From: Wallemia ichthyophaga EXF-994
Taxonomy: Eukaryota > Fungi > Basidiomycota
NCBI RefSeq assembly: GCF_000400465.1
Contig: NW_008806287.1
Location: 1 to 32,000, forward strand
DNA length: 32,000 nucleotides
Reading direction: 5' to 3'
In this document: positions 1-10,204 of the stretch, in pieces
Layout: every line of letters begins with the position of its first letter
Position numbering within the stretch: position 1 is the first letter of the stretch
Notes under the pieces: generated by a model
What the model was told of the DNA's origin: nothing
The model's input: the letters and a program-made list of their open reading frames with translations, nothing else
Databases searched by the model: none
Translations under genes and position numbers: made by a program

Positions 1-581
1 ATATTATAGAAATAAGACAAAATTGTTCGACAATAATTGAATTTTTGCTAACCTAATCTAGTTTAGATAGTTGACTGAACATTCAAGGTCAAGTAACAAT
101 GATCAAGCGATTACTCGACGTACGAGAAGATCATGAAGCAGATTGCCCCATAAACCTCAAGCATGGCATCCTGCACATTAAAAAAGATGAGAAAACGTAC
201 GACCGAATCTTTGGCTTCTTCTAGAGACTATAAGTGGTCGCAGGTGCCGCTTTTATGCGCCAGTTTTCCAATTTTTTCCGGTAGTCTTGTTTACAATATG
301 CTACAAAGCAAATGCGCTAGAAGTTTCCCCGATCCGACAATAGTATGGCCTAAGTAGGAGGTGCATAAAGTGCGATAGAGGCTATCAATTATCGCCAGGG
401 AATCCGATAGAGCCTTTCTTTCATGGGCGTGGACTTTCGAGTGATTAGAGCTTTTTTGTATTAGATGAAGTTAATGTCATGTTATCAATTTCAATCTCAA
501 AATTAGCCCGCGCAGAGGTTTAAGTTTGACAGCAGTTTGCCGCGCGTTGAAATCACCCCACTTGTCTTAAAAACTACAACC

Positions 582-1172
582 ATGGCCGCGTCAATGATGA
601 CTTCGACGATTAGCTCAACGAGTAGCGTGAGTGGAGCGTCATCGTTGAACTCGTTGAACACAAGCGGATCTTTTACGTTTCGGAAGGATGGGGAAGATGG
701 GTTTACGATCTACAACGGTAGCAGTTTAAGCAATGCGAAGAAAACAGCGCCAGAGTTGAGCGTGGTTTTTGATGGACATAAAATAGATCTGTTCAAAATG
801 TCAGACGAGAAGAAGTGCATTGCAACAGCTAGACGCGTTCAGAAAGGGAGAAACGTATATTATGGGTTGACTCTCGTGAAACGTAATTGTCCAGTAATGC
901 TAGTGGATAGGAAAAGGGCGTTTACTTTGTTAGACGGAACAGAATGTCGACCAAAGTTGGAGGAGAAAAGCTATACTGTCATTGACGCACGTTCTGGACT
1001 CGCAATGGCTACACTTGAACGCAATACGCGGTCTTTTAGCAAATTTGGCGTCTTGAGGCTGTTTGCCGCGCTGGACACGGACAGTCTTACTTTCTTGTTC
1101 ATGAGCGTTGTAACCCTGATCAAGCTGCAAAGAGATAGAGATTCGTTTAATAATCTCAGTGGTATTATCTAA
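582..1172 (+). CDS. Hypothetical protein, 196 aa; S/T-rich N-terminus, then a beta-rich region ending in one hydrophobic helix (DUF6593/tubby-C-like layout, tentative)
   Basis: Single ORF. First ATG at 582 (caacc-ATG); the ORF track start at 537 is a TTG. Stop TAA at 1170-1172. Fold guess rests only on the pattern of short strands plus the C-terminal LTFLFMSVVTLIKL helix. Confidence 0.65.
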   Translation: MAASMMTSTISSTSSVSGASSLNSLNTSGSFTFRKDGEDGFTIYNGSSLSNAKKTAPELSVVFDGHKIDLFKMSDEKKCIATARRVQKGRNVYYGLTLVKRNCPVMLVDRKRAFTLLDGTECRPKLEEKSYTVIDARSGLAMATLERNTRSFSKFGVLRLFAALDTDSLTFLFMSVVTLIKLQRDRDSFNNLSGII

Positions 1173-1256
1173 TACAGCACGCAAACAACCACATCTCACA
1201 TACCTTGCACACCACATACTTACCTCTACCCGATATACCTAATAATAATGTACAAC

Positions 1257-2222
1257 TTAATCAAAAGAATCAACGTGCTTGCTGGGTGCGCGTATACCCT
1301 GAGCAGCCATTCTAAGCGTCCTGAACTCATTACTGGAGTAAACTTTCTGTGTGGAGGCAAAGTTAGCGGATTGTTGTTTAAACCAAGGTGGTGCATCGAT
1401 AGTGGGTAATGGCTGAGAGGTTTTTTGGTGCACTCGGTCGTCATCCAAAGCTTCACCAGTGAGTTGAAGGAAGAAAGCGTTGAGTATACTGCGCTTGATG
1501 AGGTGAGTGAGTCGTTGCACACCTTGCAGTGAGTTACCCTGTTTGATCTGTAACTTGGCTTCATTTGCCCAGTCATTTACAATTGCGATATCATCCAACT
1601 CAATAATACGCGTCGTTAGCTGTGTGCCAGGTTGAGCGTGGTGGGAGAGGGCGAGGATGTTGATGAGAGTGGGTGAGTGCTGCGCTAGACTGACGATAAA
1701 CGGGTGGTGTTGGTTGTGTTGTAAGTGGGTGGAGTAGCGTAGGAGAAGTTCTGAGATTTGTATTGGATGAGTTGAGGTGAGTGAATGAGTGAGTATTCCA
1801 GTGATTACAGCGTGGATGGATTGTAGACTAATTGAATGTGTGTTGAGGTGAGTGATTAGCGTTTCAATGACGTCATAATCATTAGCGTTATCGTTAATGC
1901 CACTGCCACTGCCACTGTTAATGATATAAGCAGAAGTTGTAAGAAGTGCAGCAGAGGAGAGTTGAGATAGTCTAAGAGAGAGATATGCAGCGTTTGTGAG
2001 GAGCTTAATTGTTCTGCGTGCTTGCTTGGCTTTCTGCCTTCGGTTGGCCAGCTCTTTAAGCGCCATAACCAGCTGTTCAAATTGAGTTGCCGTACGAGTT
2101 CCTTGAAATGCCGGGGTTCCTGAATCAATCAAGAGTGTTTCAATCGCAGTCTCTATATTTGTGAAATGACATAATTCATCGAGCGTGTATTGATTGCTGG
2201 TTATCTCCTCGATAAAATTCAT
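1257..2222 (-). CDS. Hypothetical mostly alpha-helical protein, 321 aa
   Basis: Long open frame. First ATG at 2222 (track start 2228 is GTG), directly downstream of the AT-rich tract shared with DBP3. Stop TAA at 1259-1257. No family recognised. Confidence 0.7.
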   Translation of the reverse strand: MNFIEEITSNQYTLDELCHFTNIETAIETLLIDSGTPAFQGTRTATQFEQLVMALKELANRRQKAKQARRTIKLLTNAAYLSLRLSQLSSAALLTTSAYIINSGSGSGINDNANDYDVIETLITHLNTHSISLQSIHAVITGILTHSLTSTHPIQISELLLRYSTHLQHNQHHPFIVSLAQHSPTLINILALSHHAQPGTQLTTRIIELDDIAIVNDWANEAKLQIKQGNSLQGVQRLTHLIKRSILNAFFLQLTGEALDDDRVHQKTSQPLPTIDAPPWFKQQSANFASTQKVYSSNEFRTLRMAAQGIRAPSKHVDSFD

Positions 2223-2244
2223 CTTCACAGTTTCAACTCAACAG

Positions 2245-2276
2245 AATAATTTATGAATTTATTTATTTAATATTAA
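2245..2276. promoter_or_regulatory. AT-rich tract, probable bidirectional core promoter for the 2222(-) and DBP3(+) pair
   Basis: aataatttatgaatttatttatttaatattaa lies in the 133-bp gap between divergent ATGs; similar tracts precede most genes in the window. Confidence 0.5.
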
Positions 2277-2355
2277 CTCCCTTTATTTTGATCGATTAAA
2301 CTTAAATTAGAAAAACTTTTCCATTTCTCCTTCTCTATCAATCACATTCACTGCG

Positions 2356-3912
2356 ATGAGCAACACTAAAGATTTAAGCGAAGCTGAAATAGCCGCAAAG
2401 AAAGAGCGCAAGGCTGCAAAGAAAGCTGCAAAGGCTGCGGCAGATGCAACACCAATAGAAGAATCAAAGCCTTCCGAGCAAGACGAGAAGGCGGCGAAGA
2501 AGGCAGCCAAGAAGGAGAAGAAGAGGAAGGCTGAGGAAGGTGTGGATGGTGTACAAGATAACAACAGCAAGAACGAGAATCAGCCAAAGAAGTCCAAGAA
2601 AACACCTCCAGCCAGCACACAGGACGCTGAAAACTTCTTCAAAGAGAACAACATGACTGTTTCTGACAGTTCTATCAAACCTCTTCTCAAATTCGATGAG
2701 CTCGACGTCGAGAAGGCCCTAGTAAAGCCACTCACAAACTTTGAGAAGCCAACTCCTATTCAGAGCATCACTTGGCCTTGTCTTCTTCAAGGAAAAGATA
2801 CTATCGGTATTGCAGAGACTGGATCTGGTAAAACACTCGCATTCGCTATACCTGGCTTATCGAGGCATGTTTTGAGCGATACATCCAACCACACTCCCTC
2901 AATCCTTGTCATTGCACCAACGCGTGAATTGGCTGTACAGACATACGACAGCATCCACAAACTCGACGTTACGCCCTCCATCTGTCTCTATGGTGGTGTG
3001 AGCAAGGAGGAGCAAAAGCGTGCGATAAAGAAGAGCAAACCGAGAGTGGTCGTAGGCACCCCAGGTAGACTGCTCGATTTGGTTAACGATGGTGGCATCG
3101 ATTTCTCTAACATCAAGTATCTCGTCCTCGATGAAGCTGACCGTATGCTCGATCAGGGTTTCGAAAAGGACATTACTGCCATCATCGGTAACACCCCATC
3201 ATCCCGCCAAACAGCCATGTTTAGTGCCACGTGGCCACAGAGCGTACGTGCACTCGCAGCGACGTTTATGCGTGATCCCGTTAGAGTCACTGTCGGGAGT
3301 GAGGAACTCACCGCTAATAAGCGCGTCGATCAAGTAATTGAGACTATTGACAATCCTCGCATGAAGGAGCAGCGTCTCAATGCACATCTCAAAAGTATTA
3401 GGAAGGAAATGGGAAATGCCAGAGTCTTGGTTTTTGCACTGTATAAGAAGGAAGCAGGTAGAATAGAGAGTACTTTAAGGAGAGGTGGTCATGCTGTTGG
3501 TTCTATTCACGGTGATCTCTCACAGCAGCAGCGTATGAAAGCGCTGTCGGATTTCAAGGATGGTAGTGTACCCCTCCTTGTCGCTACAGACGTTGCAGCG
3601 AGAGGATTAGATATTCCAAACGTAGAAGTTGTGATTAACGTTACTTTCCCTCTCACCATTGAAGACTACGTTCATCGTATTGGTAGAACTGGTAGAGGTG
3701 GTGCTTACGGGAAGAGCATCACCTTCTTCACCGATGAGGACAAGTCGCATGCAGGAGAACTAATGAAGGTTCTCAGAGAAGGTGGCTATGAGATACCTGA
3801 GGGACTGAAAAAGTATCCAGCAGTAATAAAAAAGAAGGATCATGGCTCGTACGGCGCTCACTTCAAGGAGATTGATCCAGATGCCAAGCCAAAGAAGATA
3901 ACGTTTGATTGA
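2356..3912 (+). CDS. DBP3: ATP-dependent DEAD-box RNA helicase Dbp3 (60S biogenesis), 518 aa, intronless
   Basis: Q motif FEKPTPIQ, AETGSGKT, PTRELA, TPGRL, DEAD, SAT, HGDLSQQQR, ARGLD, HRIGRTGR; Lys-rich N-terminus; Dbp3-typical C-terminus HGSYGAHFK...KKITFD. Confidence 0.95.
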   Translation: MSNTKDLSEAEIAAKKERKAAKKAAKAAADATPIEESKPSEQDEKAAKKAAKKEKKRKAEEGVDGVQDNNSKNENQPKKSKKTPPASTQDAENFFKENNMTVSDSSIKPLLKFDELDVEKALVKPLTNFEKPTPIQSITWPCLLQGKDTIGIAETGSGKTLAFAIPGLSRHVLSDTSNHTPSILVIAPTRELAVQTYDSIHKLDVTPSICLYGGVSKEEQKRAIKKSKPRVVVGTPGRLLDLVNDGGIDFSNIKYLVLDEADRMLDQGFEKDITAIIGNTPSSRQTAMFSATWPQSVRALAATFMRDPVRVTVGSEELTANKRVDQVIETIDNPRMKEQRLNAHLKSIRKEMGNARVLVFALYKKEAGRIESTLRRGGHAVGSIHGDLSQQQRMKALSDFKDGSVPLLVATDVAARGLDIPNVEVVINVTFPLTIEDYVHRIGRTGRGGAYGKSITFFTDEDKSHAGELMKVLREGGYEIPEGLKKYPAVIKKKDHGSYGAHFKEIDPDAKPKKITFD

Positions 3913-4213
3913 GTTATTGGTGGTATTATAGATGTAGTGTATTTATTTGGAATTAATTTAAATGGTTATTATAGATACCGAAGAATGTCTGAGATATGTC
4001 TGACGTTTGTAAAGTACACAAGGAAGAAAATATTCCGGGGATTTAAGCAACTTTAAGTTATATATTAAGAAGTTGTAAAGGGTTTTTTCAGGAAAACCCA
4101 TCAAACACCCTGGATAAACTTTATTCCGACGTCCAGTGCGACTCGCGCGGCTCATTCTCAGCTCACTCCGCGCAACGAGCAACACTGTCAACACCTCTAG
4201 CAATTGCACCTCG

Positions 4214-6343
4214 ATGGAATCAGAAGAACGGGATTCTCCACGCGTAAAGTTTGATAGCAATAAGATGAGCCAGACGAGTCAGGTGATGAAGACGAGCCGG
4301 CGCGGAAGGCCGTTTGTACGAGACCTGCATGATCTGTTTAGCACGATGGTAGTGTCGTTGGAGTTAAAGACGCATCGGAATCTGTTCAGAACGTACCAAA
4401 ATTCATTTACAACGGGTATGTCTGGTGTGTGTGTGTGTATATACTCAGCTAACGGCACTCACAGACGAAGCATGCAGCAACCTCCACAATCTGAAATTCA
4501 GCCAAAGCGTGCGTCTCCCAGATCCCAATAATCCGGCCAAAATAGTCACTACGACGTCGACGACTACCTTCTCAATGGATAGGCAGATGGCTAAGGGTGT
4601 TTGTCAAATATTCATGGATGCGCACCTCATTGAGAATGCAGCTGATGTCAGCGTCCGATCGTTTAAAGATAGGGGGATCTACATGCTCACTGGAAAGGGG
4701 TTGCATGTGCTTGAGCGTTTTATATCCAAAAATGGTATCAGCGCTGAGCACCTCATTGGTGTGTTCTCCACGCAATCCATATGTCTCAAGCTGCTCCACC
4801 TCGAAAGACGTCCGATTGACGATGAGATACTCATCAACAAGCAGATAATCCATGTCGTTTTCAGACGTTTTGTTGGCAGGCAGCCTAATTATCACATAGC
4901 GGGTGGTGTTGATAGGAGCAATGGGTTGGGCGTGAGCGATTTGCACGTTTCGAAGGGCAGTGTTACCACCGAAGCTGCAGAGGGCGACGTGCAGCACACA
5001 TTCAACTCCCTCAACGCCCTCGCCTGGCTGCTCGACTTTACCACTATCGCTGGGCGTGACGAGGCCGCGGAGACGGCTGCCCACTTTGTCCGCTATGGCT
5101 TAATAGCGCTGGTGAGCGACAAGGGGAAGCGTGACGACGATCTCGTTGTGACTGTCAACTATATCAACCAAGGTAGCGAGAGTATAGTGAGTGAATAGAG
5201 GTTTTTGTGGGTCTTTTCTAACGCACGCGCGCGCAGGACTGCGAATTTAGAGCTGGCGCTAAATGCACATACGGAATTACAGCTGCAGGAAGACGCGTGG
5301 CGTTATGGGAGACAGGCTCGGTGGGTTCAGTGGGCTCGCCGAACGAGTCGGTAGAGTCTTTCGACCACTCCTCCCAATCCAAGCAGAGAGACAGAGATGG
5401 AGACAGGGATTCGCCCAGTCTCCACCGCCAGCAGAGCAGGGGCGGGCAGCTGCAGGCGCAGTATGCTCACGAGCGCACTCGCGATGCTGCCGTCGCTGTA
5501 TCCGGTGCGCACCACAAAGAGAGCAACACTGGTCGTTTGAAGCAGATCCTTGACGATCCCGCCCTCAGAAGTCTCTTCCGTGAGTTCCTCAGAAGCAACT
5601 TCTGCGAAGAGAATCTGTCGTTCTGGCTCGATGTGCACGACTTCAAGAGGAAGTTCTCTACTACTTCCTCGGCCGTAGCGCGGCCGCAGCACTTTGGCAT
5701 CTTCTCTAAACAGTCACATTCACATGCCCACGACAAGAAGGCGACACCAACAGCGATGCAGCAGCACCAACAAGACATCAACGCTATGGCGTGCGTCATC
5801 TACAACACTTACCTCGCACCCAGCTCACCAAGCGAGCTCAACATCGACCATGGGCTACGAGCGGAATTGGTGAGCTATATGACTGGGATAAAGCGGGAGG
5901 CGCGCGACAAGTACGGGACGGAGATCAGACCTGATACTGAGGTTGGGGAGGAGATTGGTATCGGACAGATGCCACTGCAAGCTTCGCAGGTCAGTCGCCT
6001 CATTTTCCTTTATGAGCGCATCCAAGCGTATATCTTCCGCCTGATGGCCACGGATAGCGTACCAAAGTTCGTGCGCACGGAACGTTTCCTCAATCTCATG
6101 AAGACTTTCGAGGAGTATCAGGCAAGCTTGGCGGAGAACGCGCCGCCTGTGCCTCCCCTTCCACTGCCAAAGGAAGGAGACAACAAGTCGCAGTCGCAGT
6201 CACGCGGCTCACTCAACACACCCTCCACTACATCCCTGCGCTCGTCGAAGAAAAGCCAGGAGGCTCTCACTGTTGGTGGTGCACACGCAGCTGCGAATTC
6301 CAATCCATCGCTGCGTAGTAAGAAGAGTTTCGGGGAGAATTAA
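4214..6343 (+). CDS. SST2: Regulator of G-protein signalling, DEP-DEP-RGS (Sst2/FlbA/Crg1 family); join(4214..4415,4465..5186,5237..6343), 676 aa
   Basis: Intron 4416-4464 (GTATGT..GCTAAC..CAG) restores NSFTT/DEACSNLHNLKFSQS. Intron 5187-5236 (GTGAGT..CTAAC..CAG) is in frame. RGS box LKQILDDPALRSLFREFLRSNFCEENLSFWLDV...IYNTYLAPSSPSELNID...LMATDSVPKF. Start could alternatively be the ATG at 4265. Confidence 0.9.
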
Positions 6344-6896
6344 GATAGCATAACAAAAATAATATGTAGGAAAGTAAGGATAACCAGGAGAAATCTTCTT
6401 CACGATTGCAAAACGTTCTACACTATACACCCACTAATTACTTAATCGATAAGATACTCTAAATGGACGAGATGCAGGCCATGAATCCATACACCCAATT
6501 AATATTACTATAAAGCACTTTTTAATATATTTTCTATTTACCATTGTGTTGGGGTGCTGGGTGTCGTGCTGTCCAAGTGTTTTGGAATGTCTTGCTGTTT
6601 GTGCGGGCATGAAATGACAATCTCAGTCGCGTGTTCGCCTTGTGTGAGCCTAATCAGGTACCGTTCCTTAGTTTTTTTTTTTATCTTGTCATTAATCACA
6701 TGGAGAGTAGAATAGAATGAGCGAGGTGAGAGGAGGGGCTGTAGCACACTAACGCAGATCAGTCACACATCACGTGCACCCAACGCACACCCAATGATCG
6801 ACGATATCGCTCGCACCCTCTCTGTCGTGGTCAGTGCTCTTCTCACCGAAACGACGTAACGCGCGAAAAAGCACACAACACGGAGCGTACACGGCA

Positions 6897-8803
6897 ATGT
6901 CGCTGGCGAGCTGGTTAGACGGCGTGAACAAGAAACACGCGAATACGGTGTACGCGTCGCCAGAGCTGGATAGGGTGGGTATTCGTGGGTGAAGGAAGGT
7001 GACTGACGCTGGCCGCAGGAGTATCGCAGCATCCGCAGACGCCGTTCGAAGAGCCTGGGCGATGTAGGGGGGAAGAGTGTTATGGAGGACACAGTATCCA
7101 CAGGATCCACACCTGCCACACCACTCACACCCTCCAAACCGCGACATATTCAAATCCCTCAGTCAAATTTCAATCCGCGGGATAATACGCCATCCAAGTG
7201 GTCCGGAGGCGCGGGATTGAAGACGCCGACACCGACGACGAACCGAACACCCAGAACACCTAAAACACCTAAAACAGTAAATTCTCCGAGGTCTCCGAGG
7301 TCTCCACACGCACACGCATACACACACTCCTGGACGCAGAACAGAGTCGTAGGCGCATCTCTCTTCTCCAACACCTCTGCCATCCCCTCGCCCAAAGAGA
7401 GAGGTATTCCAGTATCGCCGAATGTTTCATCCAAGAGACGCGCCGAACGCAGCGAACGCGTCGAGTATCCAGGCTTTGCAGAGGCTGTCAATGACGGCAG
7501 GAGACACAGACCACCCGTCGTCAGCCACCACAGCGATGTTTTTGGTATAGCGAGGAAAGGTGGCAAGCTGAGTGCTGCAAACACAGCTTGCGACAGTGAG
7601 GAAGATAAGGAGGATACGTCTGCGAGAAGAGCATCTCTGCGCAGGTCATCATCAATGAACAGCAAGAGTAGAACTGGCGGTGACGGTGACATTGGGAATT
7701 GCAATAGCACTAGCAATAAGGTCACATACACCCACACCAACACCTCTCAGTACCCCATCCAAGAAAAAAAAACGGACAAAGAAAAAGGACCTGTAATGAG
7801 AGCGCGTCAACCGAATGTCCTGAGAAGATGGCAGCCGGAGAGTGCAGAGGGGAGCGGCCAGAGAGGGACAGGCGCGCGGAAGGTATCGCCCTCACTGCGA
7901 CAGCTGAAAACACGTTCGTTGCCAACCTATCCAACTTACTCAATGGGTGAAATGAGTGGGATGACTCAAGGCGAGAGAAACAGCCATGTACACAATGTAC
8001 ACAACACGCTCACCTCAGGTCATTCTAACACTCACACACCCGCGCGCGCAACTGAAAACAGCACCCCCAACGACGCAGACAGCGAGGCTGGAAATGTCTC
8101 ACAGTCGAGTCTGGTGGAGTTGGAGGTGAGCGAGGGTGAGGATGCAACGCAGTTTGACCTAGCGACGACGCCACGCCGCGATATTTTCAGCAGCCTGAGC
8201 GACAGAAGCAACACTACCAGCGCGCTTAACGCACTCAGCAACACCCACAACCCTGCACAGCTGTTCCCGCACGTCGTCGCTCCAAAGCCGCTGCATGTGC
8301 ACGTAGGCAACCCCCTCGGACGTATAGAGGAGGAGGCGAATGTGGTGCAAGTGCACAGGCCGCTGCCGGTGCAGCCCAAAAGGGTAGAGGAGGTGTCACA
8401 TGGGAGTGTGAGTGCGGCTATGGGTATGGGTATATCAAATGCACTAAGTGCACGGAATACACAGAATGCGCCAAAAACAGACATTCAATCACACCTTTCA
8501 CAGCTATCACCCCTCTCTCCCAACAGAGGAAGACCACTGCCTTCTCCACACGGAAGCAACACCAACAGCCCGCTTGCATCACCTAACCTACCAACACCAA
8601 GACACGCAGCTCTGCCAACTCCTCCACCTTCTTCTCACGCCATTGGCGCCTTCGCGGACGCTGTGCAAGCTAACCACCAAAGCAACCCGCTCAGACCTTC
8701 GCGCAGCTATAAACCAACGTTGAGTAGAGTGAGTTGTTGTTAAGAAAGCTTACACCGCAACTGACAAACACAATAGCGCTTCAAAACACACGTACTAGAT
8801 TGA
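6897..8803 (+). CDS. Hypothetical, largely disordered S/T/P-rich protein; join(6897..6974,7019..8728,8777..8803), about 604 aa
   Basis: The 553-codon ORF extends upstream through intron 6975-7018 (GTGGGT..CTGAC..CAG) to MSLASWLDGVNKKHANTVYASPELDR and downstream through intron 8729-8776 (GTGAGT..CTGAC..TAG) to RFKTHVLD-TGA. Both junctions keep frame. The true 5' end is uncertain. Confidence 0.7.
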
Positions 8804-8925
8804 TATGTACTGCCACGATTACTATCGAATACCAAGATATGCTAATAATAATACGGAATGCAAATATTAATATTTCATTATTTTATTCATAATACTCACT
8901 CGTAATAATAGTCATACATAGATAA

Positions 8926-10152
8926 TTACAACGGGTTGTCCCGATTATACTGCTCTATCATCTCACTCGAAAAACCTGGTGGACCGAGTTTAAACCAGTC
9001 GATGCCATACATGCCCATAAAGTTTGCATAAGGGTAGGGTACCGTATGAGCAGTAAAACTTTTATCCCATTCTGACATGAGGTCTCTGTCGTCCATGAAG
9101 CTGTGCACGGTGCTGTTTTGGAGCATGTAATCAAGCTGTCGCATATACTCCTCCTTGCGTCTGCGTATCTCCTTATCTTCACCGCGCGCTTTATCCTCTT
9201 TCTGTTTCTTGGCTGCCTGGCTCGCTTTAACGTCGACATTGCTCTCTGTGAGTTTGAAGAGGTCGTTCAGGTCGAGGTGGTTCGGTGTCGTTTTACCTGA
9301 GGTAGAAGACGGCGATTGTGTTGTTGGTTTGTTTTTCTTGAAGCTGGGCATCTCCTTGATTTCTTTTTTCACTTCCTTTTTCACCTCTGTTTTGGGCGGA
9401 TACTGTGCTTGCTGTGGTTGCTGTGGTTGTTGGGGAGGGTGCGTAGGTTGTGTAGTATCTGTATTATCTAATTTTGGGTGACCATCTTTACCCTCCTTAG
9501 TCTCCGCCTTCAAACCAGCTCGTTGAGCTCTGTCTGCTTTGAGAGCATCAGTTTTATCCTTTGCTTTAGCCAGCTTCTCTTTGTCACGCTGTTGCTTCTC
9601 TTGGAGTTGTCGAGCGTGTCTTTCTTTACGTTCTTGTACCTCATCCAATTCTCTCTTTTGGAGAGGTGGTGTATGGGTTGGTGGTTGTGGTGCTACTGCT
9701 AATTTCTCTGAAGGCTTTGAAACCTTGGTGGTTGTAGTAACTTTAACATTGTTTTTAACGGTTGATTTGGAGTGTAGAAGGTGCTGTCTAGGTTGTTGAG
9801 TGTTAGGCAGTTGAGAAGTTCCCGGTGTGGGGCGATGAGAGATGCTTTGCCTGGGCTGAGTTGGGTATGTGCCTGGAGGGGTACCGTGAATGCCGCGTTT
9901 GTTACTGCCTGTCGGAACATCATCATCATCATCACTCGAATCGATAGTTCTCTGCTTCTTGAACGGATTTCTCTTCTGCTTATTAGAATGATTATCAGAA
10001 GGAATATTATCAAAGTCACTATGGTTGTCACTCCCACTACGATCATCCATATCCTCGGATCTTTCCAGATCCCCGGAGTCATCGGAGACAGAAGAATCCC
10101 TTGTGGGTGACATTGGCGGTGGTGAGGATAGTGGTGACGAGTTGATTGACAT
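8926..10152 (-). CDS. Hypothetical protein, 408 aa; acidic/Ser-rich N-terminus, Lys/Glu coiled-coil-like middle, small ordered C-terminal domain
   Basis: Long open frame. First ATG at 10152 (MSINSSPLSSPPP). Basic clusters (KQKRNPFKKQR) suggest nuclear localisation. No family recognised. Confidence 0.75.
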   Translation of the reverse strand: MSINSSPLSSPPPMSPTRDSSVSDDSGDLERSEDMDDRSGSDNHSDFDNIPSDNHSNKQKRNPFKKQRTIDSSDDDDDVPTGSNKRGIHGTPPGTYPTQPRQSISHRPTPGTSQLPNTQQPRQHLLHSKSTVKNNVKVTTTTKVSKPSEKLAVAPQPPTHTPPLQKRELDEVQERKERHARQLQEKQQRDKEKLAKAKDKTDALKADRAQRAGLKAETKEGKDGHPKLDNTDTTQPTHPPQQPQQPQQAQYPPKTEVKKEVKKEIKEMPSFKKNKPTTQSPSSTSGKTTPNHLDLNDLFKLTESNVDVKASQAAKKQKEDKARGEDKEIRRRKEEYMRQLDYMLQNSTVHSFMDDRDLMSEWDKSFTAHTVPYPYANFMGMYGIDWFKLGPPGFSSEMIEQYNRDNPL

Positions 10153-10204
10153 GATGGTTGTAATGTAACCAGAACCACCAACAACAAAGAAGGAAAACAA
10201 CGAA

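Noticed and set aside
163-357. 64-aa ORF, and similar small spacer ORFs (6538-6747, 16189-16515, 21764-21946, 31144-31383)
   Set aside because: Short, no recognisable motif, often non-ATG starts and composition like spacer DNA.
1185-1245. Minus-strand donor-like motifs (AG|GTAAGT, AG|GTATGT, AG|GTATAT) after the stop at 1257
   Set aside because: They lie downstream of an in-frame stop, and I could not build a frame-consistent extension without running into the opposite gene; at most a 3'-UTR intron.
8729-8743. C-terminal -VSCC (possible lipidation signal) in the ORF track protein
   Set aside because: It comes from reading into a well-formed intron (GTGAGT..CTGAC..TAG); the spliced end is RRFKTHVLD.
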